A DNA stretch of 64,000 nucleotides, taken from assembly GCF_009914755.1 (NCBI RefSeq), contig NC_060947.1. The stretch is one strand, 5' to 3'. The notes under the pieces are model-generated. The model was not told where the DNA came from, searched no databases, and was given only the letters and a program-made list of their open reading frames with translations. The DNA comes from the human T2T-CHM13v2.0 reference genome, Homo sapiens. Each line of letters opens with the position of its first letter. Position 1 is the stretch's first letter. Both the position numbers and the translations under genes were made by a program. Positions 26,826-43,506 of this stretch are shown here, in pieces.

Positions 26826-28075
26826 TGATGATTATTCTGCCTTTCGAAAACATCAGGTGCAATAAAAAATGATGCAACAGGAAAATATTCAGGTTCCGCA
26901 TCTAAAAATTAAGATATAGTGATACCTACCTTACTGAAATATGGTGATATGGTGAAGCACCTAACACAATGCTGGACCTCATAAGCTTTCAATGATTGTT
27001 CGTTCCTTTCAGATTTTCAATGAGCTATAAAGACAAAATGCAAATGAAATTGAAAGGCATTGTCAACCATAGCGTCATGCAGATGCTACTTAATATAACT
27101 TTAAAATACATAGAAATTTTAATAAGTTTGTTCCCTTAGGAAAATAGCTAAGGAAAAATGCATAATTACCTGCTCTTTACTTATTTTCACTATTTAATAA
27201 AGCATTACAGGAATGGTAAGAGATGTATAGCTCAAGTAAGCAAAGAAAGCTTTCTTTTCTTTTTGATTTTGCACTTGGGGAATTTTTCTTGATCTTCTTC
27301 TTCAAAAGGAGCAGAGAATTCATTTATGTGCACCTGGGGTCCTGATTATTACAAAAAAAAAAGAAGAAACTGAACAACTTTGCATACTTTAGTAAAACAA
27401 AATAATTCAATTAAGCTTATTCAGGGCATCTTGGTGTTTTAGCAAAGTTGAAAAGGACACTTGACTCTTGTTAAGGGGAGCTCTGTAGACATTTATGTCT
27501 GGGGGAATATGTTACTCAGTTTGCAGCATGATAATAAGCTCTAAACCAGGGAACTATATCAGTTGCATAGACAATGAATCCAGTCTGGAAGATAAATTGT
27601 TCACTGAGGGTAAGGTGGCTGAATTTCTGATATAAGTGGCCATATAATCATGAGAGCTTTACCTCTAATAAAAACATAGCTTTTGGTTCTTAAAAAACAG
27701 TCACCTTATCTTTAATGAGCAATTTGACTTTTAGGCTTAATGCATTAGTCTCTTAAGTGACAAATTTTTGCCTGTGCTAACAACTAGTTGGCAGAATTTT
27801 GACAGTGAACAGAAGCTGTCAGACAAACCCATAATATTTCCTCCAGTAGCTGATCTGTTCAGTTTTAAGCATTGAAAGCTTATGTAAAACATGGAGAGAA
27901 CTTGTTTTATGGTTTCTGGGATAATTTTTTTTATATTGCTTGATAAGCTCTAAATGAACAAGTATCTACATGTAAGACATACTTTAGAAATAAAACTACC
28001 TGAAATGGTGGTTGCCAGCATTTGAGAGTTGGGGTATTGGGGAGATGTTTGTCAAAGGACACAAAATTTTAATTA

Positions 28076-29577
<1,502 letters not shown>

Positions 29578-29666
29578 GAAAATTGCTGGTGACAGATTTT
29601 AAGTGTTCTCACCACACAAAAAATGATAAGTATGTGAGCTAATGTGTGTTAAATAGCTTGATTTAG

Positions 29667-30152
<486 letters not shown>

Positions 30153-30479
30153 TAGGAGAAAACTTTTTATAAATCTGGAAAAAAATTTTTTTTATATAAT
30201 AGCAAAGCTTTAAGAATGTTAAAATGTAAATGGATGACTGATTAACTGTATATCAGTCTCAGCCAGTTATCCATGATTTATTTTTATTAATTGTAGATAA
30301 ATCTCACCATTATCTATACATGATTTACTTAGATATTTATATATTAATTATCTTGAGAAATATATAAAAGCTCTCATTAAAGAAAAATCATCAATTTTGT
30401 GTTAAGTGACAGTGAGTGCAAAGTATAGAGACTGTTAGAAATTGATAACCTTTGTGGTGCACCATAAATGGGATTAGCA

Positions 30480-31890
<1,411 letters not shown>

Positions 31891-31980
31891 TGATAAGGTA
31901 GTTTACTGACTTGTGAGAACAACATCAATATCCAAATGAAAGAAGACACTTAAATGCTATCAATAATAGACAGCTTAAGA

Positions 31981-32390
31981 CTGGGAGTCACAATCTTATG
32001 GCCCACTGCCCACATGTAGACAGAGATGGGCTTTGAGAGGCAGTCTTTAGGAAAAAAAAAATTGATTGTGAAGGCTATTGGGAGATATGTACTCTCTTAT
32101 TAGCCATAGACCCATCGTGTCATATTATTTTATATTTGAGGGTCTTTACATATTTATTATTTTCTTTTCGTTGTTGTTTTTGAGACTGGGTCCCACTCTG
32201 TCGCCCAGGCTGTAGTGCAGTGGTGCGATCAGGGCTCACTGTAGCCTCAACCTCCCAGGCTCAAGTAATCCTCCCACCTCACCCTTCTGAGTAGCTGGGA
32301 CTACAGGCATGCGCCACCACACCCGGCTCATATTTATGATTTTTGCTTGGCTCCTGAAACAGCATGGCTGCTTTGAATTTGTGACCCCTG
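31981..32390. mobile_element. hAT MITE (MER102-like) split by FRAM
   Basis: Degenerate TIRs CTGGGAGTCACAA / TTGTGACCCCTG. Confidence 0.5.
32162..32328 (-). mobile_element. FRAM (free right Alu monomer) or 5'-truncated AluJ
   Basis: Single right-arm monomer; TSD CATATTTAT(T/G)ATT 32149-32161 / 32329-32341. Confidence 0.8.
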
Positions 32391-33749
32391 GTTATTAAGT
32401 GTGTTTTTGCTTTGGCACAGGAAAAAAATAAAACAGATGTAATTTTGATAGCACAGTTATTTTCATTATTATATAGATGTATAAGAGACTTGGATTTCTA
32501 GCTCAGGATAATTGAATTTTTCATCCAAATTGATGTTCCTCTTCAAGGCCAGACATACTTTCTCTCTTCTATAAGGGTATTGAATGATAGACTTTTTGTT
32601 AGAACTCTTGGTTTGCTATTTGGCCTTTCCTAATCTCTCTTCACAAAAGAGAGATCTGAACACAGAGGTTAAATGTCTTGCACAGCAAATGGCCAGCTGT
32701 GATATGACCAAGACTCTTAACTTGTCACTCAGCCCTGCAGATTATATTGGTCTTCTGATGTGAAGTTTACTATTCTTTCTTTTATGCTATCTAGCCACTT
32801 GTTCAGTTAGCTTATTCATTAATCACCGATACATATGAGACATTCTATATTTATGCCAGTAATACATGTAAATTGCAGCCATTTTTAAAACCAGGAAATG
32901 CACTTAAATTGTGTGTTTAAATTTATCAGAATCACATATGGTGCTTTTTACCACATATAGTAGTTTTTAAGATTATATTTATCCATATTACCTCTGTAAT
33001 TATTTGTGATCAGGTTAGCTTAAGTGAAGAAAAGCCATATTAATGCTCCACTTTGGTTTTGAGATAACTACTGGTATTCAATCCATTATTCTTATCCATT
33101 AGAATTCCTCTTTTGTCCAGAAATTGTTCAACCCTTAGAATCAAGTATCTGTACTTCCTCATTTATGTTTCCCTCACTCCAAGTCTAAGTAGACACCATG
33201 TCTGCATCCTTTCCTGCCACACTATGGTTGTAGAAAATATATCTATTTAGATATAAATTGCAAGAGTAAGAGGGTTAATTGTATAAAATTATCATAGAGT
33301 TGTAATTGAAAATCTCTTTTAACAAATAAAAAGAAAATCACTTCTAATTATATAGTCTGTTGGCCTCTTGTCATTGCTGTAGCATGGTTGTTTATTTTGT
33401 GTTTTTGCCCAGGTGCTTAATTCAGCCACCGTCAGCCTTACAAAAATAGATAACTGTACAAATAAACCAGCTTCTGACTAAGACTAGCTAATTTTCTTTA
33501 TTGCTAGGCCCAAATTATTTTCAATATGTTAAAGAAAGAAATACCCCAAACCACATTGACTTATAACTGTACCTATGCAGGATTTTGTTTCAATGGCAGT
33601 GTATAAGGGGCAAAGACTTCTCTCTTGCTTTCTCCTTAGCTATGAGTGAACTGAGTCAATGAGCACATGTTAAGCATTTGTAGTGAATATCCTGATTTCC
33701 TAGTGATTCAGAAGTAGCAGGAACAGTCAGTCTCACTCATCACTCAAAG

Positions 33750-34697
33750 AGACCTTGAATTCATCTTCTCTTTTTTCTCATTTCTCCATGCCATAATTTA
33801 CAATGTCATCACCCTTTCTCCTACATATGATCTAAAAAACTGGCATCTCAACCTAATTCCATCCTAAATCATACTTGGCCAGCATAGTTTGTTTCCTTTA
33901 TTAAACATTTGAATGTAATACCTGGGGGCAGGGTGAGTGTGCTGGGTTCTGCTTTAAATTTGCATGATTTCTGAGGCCTTCGAAAGCATTTGGATTTTTA
34001 AACCTTCCTTAGACAGTTGTAATCCAGGCTCCTAATTGTTTTCTCCTTCAAGTTGTAAATTCTCCCTGTCCAAATAACCCTCCACCCTTTCCCCAGATTC
34101 AGCAATCTAAGAAAACAGTTCTGATCGTATAACCCTCCTTTGTAAATCTTATTCACTTGTCTATTGCATGAGGGGTAAGATCCAAAGTCTAACATGGCAG
34201 ATGAGAAGTTTCATCACATGGTTCCAGTCTGCTTTTCCCAGTCCCTTCTTTTCCACTTTTTGTTAACATTCTGCCTCCACAACATACACCAAGAGCTGCA
34301 GCAGAGCAAGTTATACCTAGTCCCGTTAGCCTGAGTGGTCTTTCGGGTCCCTTTCTTATGACTGTGCTTTTCTCTGCCTATACTCACTTTGACTTTCTCC
34401 CTTACCTGGAAAATGCTTATTCTTCTACTAAGCCCCAACTCATGTAATAATTCCTATGTGAAGAGTTTCCTGAGTCTCCGGGGAGGTTGATTGTTTTTCT
34501 GGGCTACCAATCACACTTCGCACATCTCTTCATTGTAACACTTACCATAATGTGTTTCAAGATTTATGTGTCCCTGCCTCACTTTGCTGTACAGGAAGCT
34601 CTGTGATAAGCATGGTTAGATCAAATTCATTTTTGTATTAACAACACCCAGTAGTGTCGGGCACATAATAGGTGCACAAGGGATGTTTCTTGAATAG
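33750..34697 (+). mobile_element. L2 3' remnant
   Basis: CT-rich L2 body ending GGCACATAATAGGTGCACAAGGGATGTTTCTTGAAT. Confidence 0.6.
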
Positions 34698-35584
34698 GTG
34701 AAAGAGGAATCTCCCTATTTCTCCCTACTTATATTCTGTGGGCAGCTGCTATCCCCTTGCTGTCTGTCTGATCCTCAATCTCTTCCTCTTGTCCACTCAA
34801 ACTTCCTCATGGTATTTTGCTTATTCATCTTACATCTTTACCCTCTGGTTTTTGAGATGGTGATAAAGACAGGGGTCAGGGCTCAGGGCTCTGTGATTAA
34901 TACTTCTAGACATCGCAGTTTGGTTTGGTGCCACCATCAATGACAGCAGCTGCTATCATTTTTCTCAGTTTCCAGGATTCTTCCAATATTTCAGGGCATA
35001 GCCTAATTCTAGAGCTATCTCTGATGATTTGAGGTATATGGTATGTGTAATTCAGTACTTCATATCTGCATTTATTATTGTATATGAGCCTTCCACAAGG
35101 GCATTTTTGTCTGTTTAAAATGTAATAATAAATCAAATATGTTGAATTTTCTGTATATCTGAATGCATTGTAAAACTATTTTAATGGTGTTCGAGATAAA
35201 ATTCAGACTGAACATATCGTATACTAATGACATCATGTTAATATGCTTGTAACAAACATGAACAGGGTATCAGTTGTGAATAGATAACCATAATAAAATT
35301 CAGTAGGTTTGTTCTTGAGAGTGAGGTGTCACAAATTCTGTTTGGCAAGATATGGACTATGAAACTGGCAAAATTAGCCTTCTGGGGTTTAAATTAACCT
35401 ATAACAATTTCATTGCTTAAGAATATTAAGACAACTTAATACTTTTGTTAAAGTGTAAATGCAAGACAAGAAAGAGTAACGGCAGGCTGTTTTACTTTTT
35501 ATATTGTCTTCTTTAATGTATTTCCGCTTTTCCTGCCTGCCAATGCCATTCATATTATATTCTTTTTACCGTGAAAATGGAGCA

Positions 35585-35727
35585 TATAATTTTATAGATA
35601 AGGAAACAAAAGCTCAGAGAATAAAAATGGCTTGCTCAAAGAGACACAACTAGTTAGTAACAGGGCTGGGACTAAAATTCAGATCCCTTCACTCCCACAC
35701 TAAGGACCTTAACATTATTATATGCTG
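35585..35727 (-). mobile_element. MIR
   Basis: ATTTTATAGATAAGGAAACAAAAGCTCAGAGA...CTTGCTCAAAG..ACACAACTAGTTAGTAACAGGGCTGGGACT. Confidence 0.75.
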
Positions 35728-36574
35728 TTCCCCTTCATTTGACTTGTTTTTCTAATGTTCAGAGTGTGTGCTGTTTTATTTACTGCAAAGAGATGCTCTG
35801 TTTCTCCATAAAGTGATTACAAATCCGTGGAGCTACAGTCATCATAGATGTTCCTACAAATAATTTAAAAGCAAAATATTGAAGTATGCCTTATCTTCAC
35901 TGCCAATGAAATTATGACCAAATGGTAATTACTGAATAACAAAACAGTCATATAGCAACCAATCCAATTGTTTAATGCTATATCTAAAGGCAAACATTTT
36001 AAAAAGCAGTGAGTTAATACAATTTTCAAAAATTTGACTCATCAAGCTGTCTCAACAGTCAACAGTTTGAGGATTGCATCAAAAAATGGGCAGGCACTGA
36101 TGAGATTACCAAATGATATCTTATCTTTAAATGCCCTGGTTTAAAATTAGCAAGAATACGTTTGGTGTCTAATTTCTGAGAAGTAAAAACAGCTTTGGCT
36201 GTTTACCCTAAGTTTAGGACAAAACTCAATTGAATGAAAGCAAGAAGTGGAGTAGAAATTTTAGCATTTTAAAAGCTGACAGCTCTAACCTGAACCAGAG
36301 TATTTATGTTATTAAAATAGTCTTGGAATCCTAGGTCAGGCAATTCCATCTTTCTGAACTGCCCTCTATACACTTCTCCACCAGCAATACTCAGCACTTC
36401 TTTCAAAGCAAAGGCTCTCAAGCTGACCCAAAGCAGGAATGTTTCCTTGACCAATCTATATCACATTTTAATGATTTCTCGACAGTATTCACAGCTCTTT
36501 CTAGCTCTGTATCTTTTGATGGATATCTTAGGGAAGTAATTTCAGCAAGTGACAATTTTAAAAAGCTGGAGGGT

Positions 36575-36845
36575 TTTTTCGTTTTGTTTTAATTTGGTTT
36601 GGTTTTGAGACAGGATCTCGCCCAGGCTATAGTGCAGTGGCATGAGCTCAAGCAATCCTCCTGCCTCAGCCTTCCGAGTAGCTGGGACTACAGGCTCACA
36701 CTGGCTAAATTTTGTTGTTGTTTATAGTAGGGACAAGGTCTCACTACATTGGCCTTGCTGGTCTCCAACTCCTGAGCTCAACAGATCATCCCGCTGCGCC
36801 CTCCCAAAGTTCTGGGATTACAGGCATGAACCACCATGCCCAGCC
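36575..36845 (-). mobile_element. AluJ with internal deletions
   Basis: Diverged dimeric Alu; TSD-like AA(A/G)CTGGAG. Confidence 0.85.
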
Positions 36846-37049
36846 CCAAACTGGAGATCTGTATAGAGCATTTTATGTTGCTTTGATGAAAGATATGTAA
36901 CACATATCAAATTATAAAACTGTATTACTACTTTTATATATTTAAAAAGAAAGAAATGAATAGCAGTTGAATTTAGTTAATTTGTCAATTCAGTAAATAT
37001 CACTGAGTGTCTACTAGTTTTGAAGTCCTGTGTGAGGTTGTACACAGTG

Positions 37050-37227
37050 TATATATTTTATATATGTATATATATATATATATACACTGAATATATATAT
37101 ATATACACTGAATATATATATATACACTGAATATATATATATATACACTGAATATATATATACACTGAATATATTTATATACACTGAATATATATATACA
37201 CTGAATATATAAATATATATATATATA
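37050..37227. repeat. Compound (TA)n-CACTGAA minisatellite
   Basis: Seven CACTGAA cores spaced 17-21 bp by variable TA runs. Confidence 0.95.
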
Positions 37228-37691
37228 GTGAGCAAGACTTGTTCTCATTCCTCAAGAAACTCACAGTACAGTGACAGTCTTACATTTTGTAAATATTTAA
37301 TAGCTAACTCGACAGTGCTATGACTGACAGGTTATGTGTGATTTTATCTCACTCCCCATTCAATCTTTGAATGAAGAATTGAATAAGGAAAAAATGAAGG
37401 AGAACCAAGTTCCATCACACTGGTTCCTATCTGGGCTATGTTTTCAATTATTCAAGAAAAATTTGGCTTGTCCTTGCCGAAATTGTATATTCCACAAAGA
37501 TCTATAGTTGTGGTTTCCTAAGTGCTCTGGAAGTCTACAATGATGCAGTATCTGATTAAAAAAAAATGTGGCTAGCTGATAAGTCCCCCACTGCTTGCTG
37601 TTGCAAAAAAATGATTCATTAGAAAAAAAATGATTTGGAATCAGAAATTATAGGTTATTTTCTGGATCTACCACTTAACCTTTTATACCAC

Positions 37692-39887
37692 TCTATTAGT
37701 CCATTTTCATTGTGCTGATAAAGACATACCTGAGACTGGGCAATTTATAAAAGAAAGAGGTTTATTGGACTTACAGTTCCACATGGCTGGGGAAGCCTCA
37801 CAATCATAGTGGAAGGCAAGGAGGAACAAGTCACACCTTATGTGGATGGCAGCAGGCAAAAAGAGAGCTTGTGCAGGGTAACTCCTGTTGTTGTTGTTGT
37901 TTTCTTTTTTTTAGGTTTCAATATTTTATTCAAGTTTAAGTGATGTTAATTACAGCATTTGAAGGGGAGGATCTAATTCCACAGAAAATGGAAGACTCTA
38001 AAATGTACCCATTAGACTGCTAAAAAACAAATTGAAGGGTGAGAATATAACAGAAGTCCAATTTAGATTCTGAGTGTTGTCACCATGTGATTACAATCAC
38101 ACAGACGCTTCCAAGCTTATAGCTGGAGTTCCTGGAAGCTATTTCATACTCTGGTGCAAGGGCTAAAAAACGCAACACAGGAAGGAATAAGTCCTGAATT
38201 ATTGGCTTCATCACATCCACCCTCTCCACCCCAAAATGGCACAAAAGAAAGAGTGACCACACCCTGCAGACCTTTTGGTGTAAAAGAGGTAAAGATGAAC
38301 TGGGCTGGGAAAAGGTCATGAAGCTCTGTCTAAAAGAGTCCCATTCAGGTGAGTTTGTACACACCATCAAGCAGCAAGCCCCTCATCAGTTAGGGTTAGG
38401 AAACCAAGGTTCGATTCTCAGGAAATCACAATTTCATTCATTTACTCAATATGAACTTACAAAGCGCCTACATATTATCAGCTTCCACTTGCAGCCATTT
38501 CTAGAGAAAAAAGAAACCTGGCATCTCAAAGTGGCTGCCAAGTTCCCCCAAGTCTACCACTGAAAGGGCCTTTTTTGGAAATGAGTTTCTTCTGTACCTC
38601 TGAAAGGGTAACATCTTAAAGCTGAATCATCTTTAACCTGGAGGGGTAACATATTTAGCAATACTTGCGTCCCAGACATACAACATTAAAAGATACACTA
38701 AATTCTGAAGGTAGCTATGCTGCAAAATAGTTTAAAATTAAACAATTGTAGAGTATTCATTTATGCTTGAAATTCCAGTCCTAGACCAAGCTTGTGGCCA
38801 CCAGCATTGACGTTCTTGCCATCCAGAAGAGCTGACAGTGTCAGTTTGATACCTGGCTTTAGGGTCTGAGTGTATCCTAAACCTATCAGGCTGGAGTTGT
38901 TCACTTTAGCCAAGAAGCAGGCTTCAGGGTCAATCAAATACTTGGCTGCTATTTCGAAACGCGTGTTACTGTTTCCTGCTGTCCAGGTGAGATTGACAGC
39001 AGTCTCCAACTTCTTGTTCACTTTCTGGTAAATGAGGCCACCAAACTCTGTCCCGTCATTCACATTAGTGTGAAGTTGGAATTCATCAGTCTTGCAGCCA
39101 ACTGCAAAGTTGCTCTGGGTCACTCCGGACTTTGCAGTCTCAAAATTCATCTGGTAGCCGGCCAGCCAGCCCTTGTAACCCAGCACCAGAGCAGCCCGGA
39201 TGGAAGGCCCAGCAATGTCGAAATCTATGTTGCAGTCCAGGGTAATGTGCTCCTGCTTGTACCCTGTCTTGATTTTAGCATCTTTTTTCCCCCAGTCTTA
39301 GGTAAGAAGGATGAATCGAAGGTCAGCTTCAGTCCACGTGCAAGCTGATCTTCCACAGTCATCTCGGTGCCTAGTGTATTGTCGGTGTTCTATTTCTCTG
39401 TAAACGTCAGGCCGTACTCAGTCCATCTGTACTTGGTTTCCAGACTGCCCGTCACTTTGGTGGTCTCAGTATTGGCTGAGCCTGAGCTTGTAAATTCCAA
39501 CCCATTCTCAGATTTTGTTTTCAAATCAAGCATTATTAAGCCAAATCCATAGCCCTTAGTGAAGACATCCCTGGCAGACTTGCCAAGATTGGCATACATG
39601 GGTGGCACAGCCATCTTATGCTTAGAGGTGGTGGCAGTGGGCTAGGAGGCGGCTATGGCCGGGGCTGCCGTGCGGAGGCAGAGAACTAAGTGGAGCCAGC
39701 TGCGGGGCCCAACTCCCGTTTTTAAAACCATCAGATCTCGGGAGACCCATTCACTGTCAGGAGAACAGTACGGGAAAGACCCACCCCCCTATTCAGTCAT
39801 CTCCCATCAGTTCCCTCCCACAACATGTGGGAATTATGGGAGCTACAAGATGAGATTTGGGTGGGGACACAGAGCCAAACCATATCA
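37692..39887 (-). mobile_element. THE1A solo LTR split by VDAC1 retrocopy (37692-37889 and 39711-39887)
   Basis: Ends GAGCTACAAGATGAGATTTGGGTGGGGACACAGAGCCAAACCATATCA; perfect 5-bp TSD ACCAC (37687-37691 / 39888-39892). Confidence 0.92.
37890..39710 (-). pseudogene. VDAC1 (processed pseudogene): Processed VDAC1 (voltage-dependent anion channel 1) pseudogene, full-length mRNA copy
   Basis: Intronless CDS 39614-38761 from [25 protein letters not shown] to [13 protein letters not shown]; TAG at codon 75 (39390-39392); +2 nt insertion near 39289-39293; GC-rich 5' UTR 39615-39710; ~850 nt 3' UTR; AATAAA at 37925-37930; poly(A) remnant; TSD AACTCC(T/C)GTT. Confidence 0.97.
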
Positions 39888-40299
39888 ACCACCAATAAAG
39901 CCAATTTAATAAAATGAAGAATATATGTGTATGTGAAAAATACTATATGTTATAATCTGTAAACAAAACATATCATAGAAAATTGCTCATATTTATAGAG
40001 ATATTTATTATATATGTAGACTGTGTTCTTATTGTGTTATTAGTATCTAAAGTTACATTCGAAGTCTTTAGTTTAATCTGGAAAATCATCTCAATTTACT
40101 ACTGCATACTTCATATGAAAATTGCTTTTCAGTTTTTTTACTACAAAATATACATCTGGATATCTGTAAGTCAATGATGTTCTTTAACCTTAGGATTATT
40201 ATAGTATTATTTTTAAATCAGGGGAGACTTTAAAATAAAGTGAAATCTGTGTGGCATGACTGTCCTAATTTTTACTCTACCTTATTAAAACCGTTTTAA

Positions 40300-41315
40300 T
40301 AGATTTTTACTCATTAGAATCATATCACTCCGGAGGTTTTCACTTTTTTAATAAATATTCTGCTAGCTTTTAGTTTCAACACCTATGTATTTATTCATTT
40401 TTATTAGTTTAATCTCTTTAAGAATATGTGTGAACTTTTGTCATAATGTTCTTTCCTTAGTTTTTTAAACATTATTTGGTACTGTTTCTTTAATCAATTT
40501 AAAGATAGTTCTTTTTATCTACTTAATGATTCTTAAAAGTTCTTGGAGTAACACCAGAGCTATTTGTTGTGGCTGTTGACTCTTTTCTACGGCAAATTTT
40601 GAACTCTGAGCTAATCTTCAGAGATAATTTATCTGTAGGAATCCTCTTCTGCCTGGATTGAACATTCCTCCTAGACAAGTTTTGAGTTTACCACTGCTAA
40701 GGCAACCTGGGAGTATTACCTTCTGGGGACCACTTTTTACTTTAATATTTTACTTTAGGTATCCGTGGATCATGTGAGTAGTATAAATTCAGACCATAAC
40801 CTGTTAAAATGAAAATCTGCATTTATAAGTTCTCAGGAGAGCCTTTCTCCCGCCCCCCATCCAGAGACCAGACTAACATAGGCATAGTTCCTTGGAATCT
40901 CACTGTTCTGATGGCATTTTTTAAAATCCAACATATGTATGCTTCTTCAAAGTCTTGGCTTTGTTCAGGGGATCTCATTTCCAAATTCCCACTTCAAGTG
41001 AACCTAAGACCTTAGCCTTGTGCCTTGTGCTCTTTCCTTGCAATTGAATCACAGGCCCCTTGGTTTGAGGAACCATAAGCCCTCCCATAACCTGCACACC
41101 CGCCACCACAACATCATCGCTAGGGCAGCCTTGATGTCAGGACTTTTTTTGTGTTGTTCCTCTAAGGATTGCTTTCCTTTTCTTATGATCTAAGTAATAC
41201 ACATAAAGGAGTGTTGCTATGTTTTCTTCAGCAGTTCTATGGGTTTTGTAGCAGGAGAGTTTTCTGGTTATTTTTCCATATTAACAGAAATGGAAATCTA
41301 CTAGGTTTTACATGC
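40300..41315 (-). mobile_element. Ancient L1ME-type 5' region (tentative)
   Basis: T-rich degenerate sequence with GGGGACCACTTTTTA...GTAGTATAAATTC resembling old L1ME 5' ends. Confidence 0.35.
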
Positions 41316-41333
41316 TTAAAGTTTAATTTGTCC

Positions 41334-41691
<358 letters not shown>

Positions 41692-42538
41692 CTATTTTTC
41701 CCCTGGAGGCTTTGCATTCTTCAAAGAACATTGCCATATTCCAACTGAAATGGAGATTTTCCTGAGATTTTTGTTTGTTTTTGCTTATATCCGGACTTAA
41801 CTTTTAAATACAACCTTCTTGTCTTCTTTCCTGTCTTCCAAACTCATGGAGTTACCATTTCAGAGGGAAAGGGTATGCTTTATAAAACTAGCAGAAATCC
41901 ACATCTAGCTTGAAATCTACTTCATAGGAAACTTAAATTAATTCAGAATAAAACTAAGCCAAATGCTAAGTTAAATGCTAGTATGGAAAATTGTCTTTTT
42001 AAAATGCATCTTTTTTTAAAGAGCTTGAAATGTCTGGTAGAGACGCATAATTCTTTCACGGAAGGGTTTCATGAAGCACAGATGTTTTTCAGCCTCCCAC
42101 GGGGATATATACCACCACAGTGAGGACAACAGATGCCTCTTCCCTCACTTTCTTATCTGGCTTCATTCCTTATGAATCTATTTCTTTTAGTGATTAGCTC
42201 AGAGAAGCTTATTTCAGCACAGTTAACCTCAACCCCTTCTTGAAAGTAGATTTTATGGAATGAGGTAAGGAAGAAATAGAACAACTCATTTAAAAATTCT
42301 GGCAGTTTCAACTGCCAATTTTTGGGGGATACCATTTTCAATTATACCCACTAAAATAGTAAACATCTAAGAATTCAAAGTAGTTTAGAGAAATAAAGTT
42401 AATAAAGATTTAATTGAATTATAAATGTGCTAACTTTCTATTAAATTATGTATGAATCAACCATTTTAAAATTCATTCTTTATGTATGTCATTGATACTA
42501 TGTTAGTGTCAAGATGTAGCAACTGAGCCATATTTATG

Positions 42539-43020
42539 TGTATGTAAGTTTTCTATTGCTGCTGTAACACGGTATCACAAATTAGTGGCTAAGAACAACA
42601 CAAATCTATCATTTTATATTTCTGAAGGTTAAAGGCCCAACAGAACTCAGTGGACTAAAATCATGGTGACAATAGGTTTATTTCCTCTGGAGCCTTTAAG
42701 GGAGAAGCCATTTCCTTGCCTTTTCCACCTTCCTTGGCTCATGTCTCTTCCTCCATCCTCAAAGCGACTCTGCATTTCTCTCACCCTTCTTCACCTCATG
42801 TCTCCCTTTGACTAGATCTGGGAAATGTTGTCCTTTTTTAAGCACTCATGTGATTAGATTGGGCCCACCTGCCTAACCCAGGTCCTTGAGTCTCTCCATC
42901 TCAAGGACCTTAACCTTAATCACATCTGCCAAGGTCACTTTTGCTATGTGAGATAACATAGTCACAGGTTCTGGAATTGGAGCTCAGACATCTTTGGGGG
43001 CCATCATTCTGTCTTACCAT
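42539..43020 (-). mobile_element. MLT1D-like MaLR solo LTR
   Basis: TTGCTGCTGTAACA...GTGATTAGATTGGGCCCACC...AATCACATCTGC...ACATCTTTGGGGGCCATCATTCTG. Confidence 0.82.
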
Positions 43021-43137
43021 GTTGTATGTAATTAAAACCTTGCTCTCAGCTGTCTAAAAGTTTGCCTGAGCAAATGAATTGGCAATGTATTCAATCCAAT
43101 TCACTCCCTAATATCATCATGATAAAAAATTAACTGA

Positions 43138-43506
<369 letters not shown>

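Noticed and set aside
37000-37248. Repetitive YIYIFSV ORFs and a CRISPR-like periodic pattern
   Set aside because: A TA-rich minisatellite with no unique spacers and no cas genes, in a eukaryotic context.
37890-39710. Assigning a numbered VDAC1P locus, chromosome or host gene
   Set aside because: Several VDAC1 pseudogenes exist, and they cannot be told apart without a genome search.
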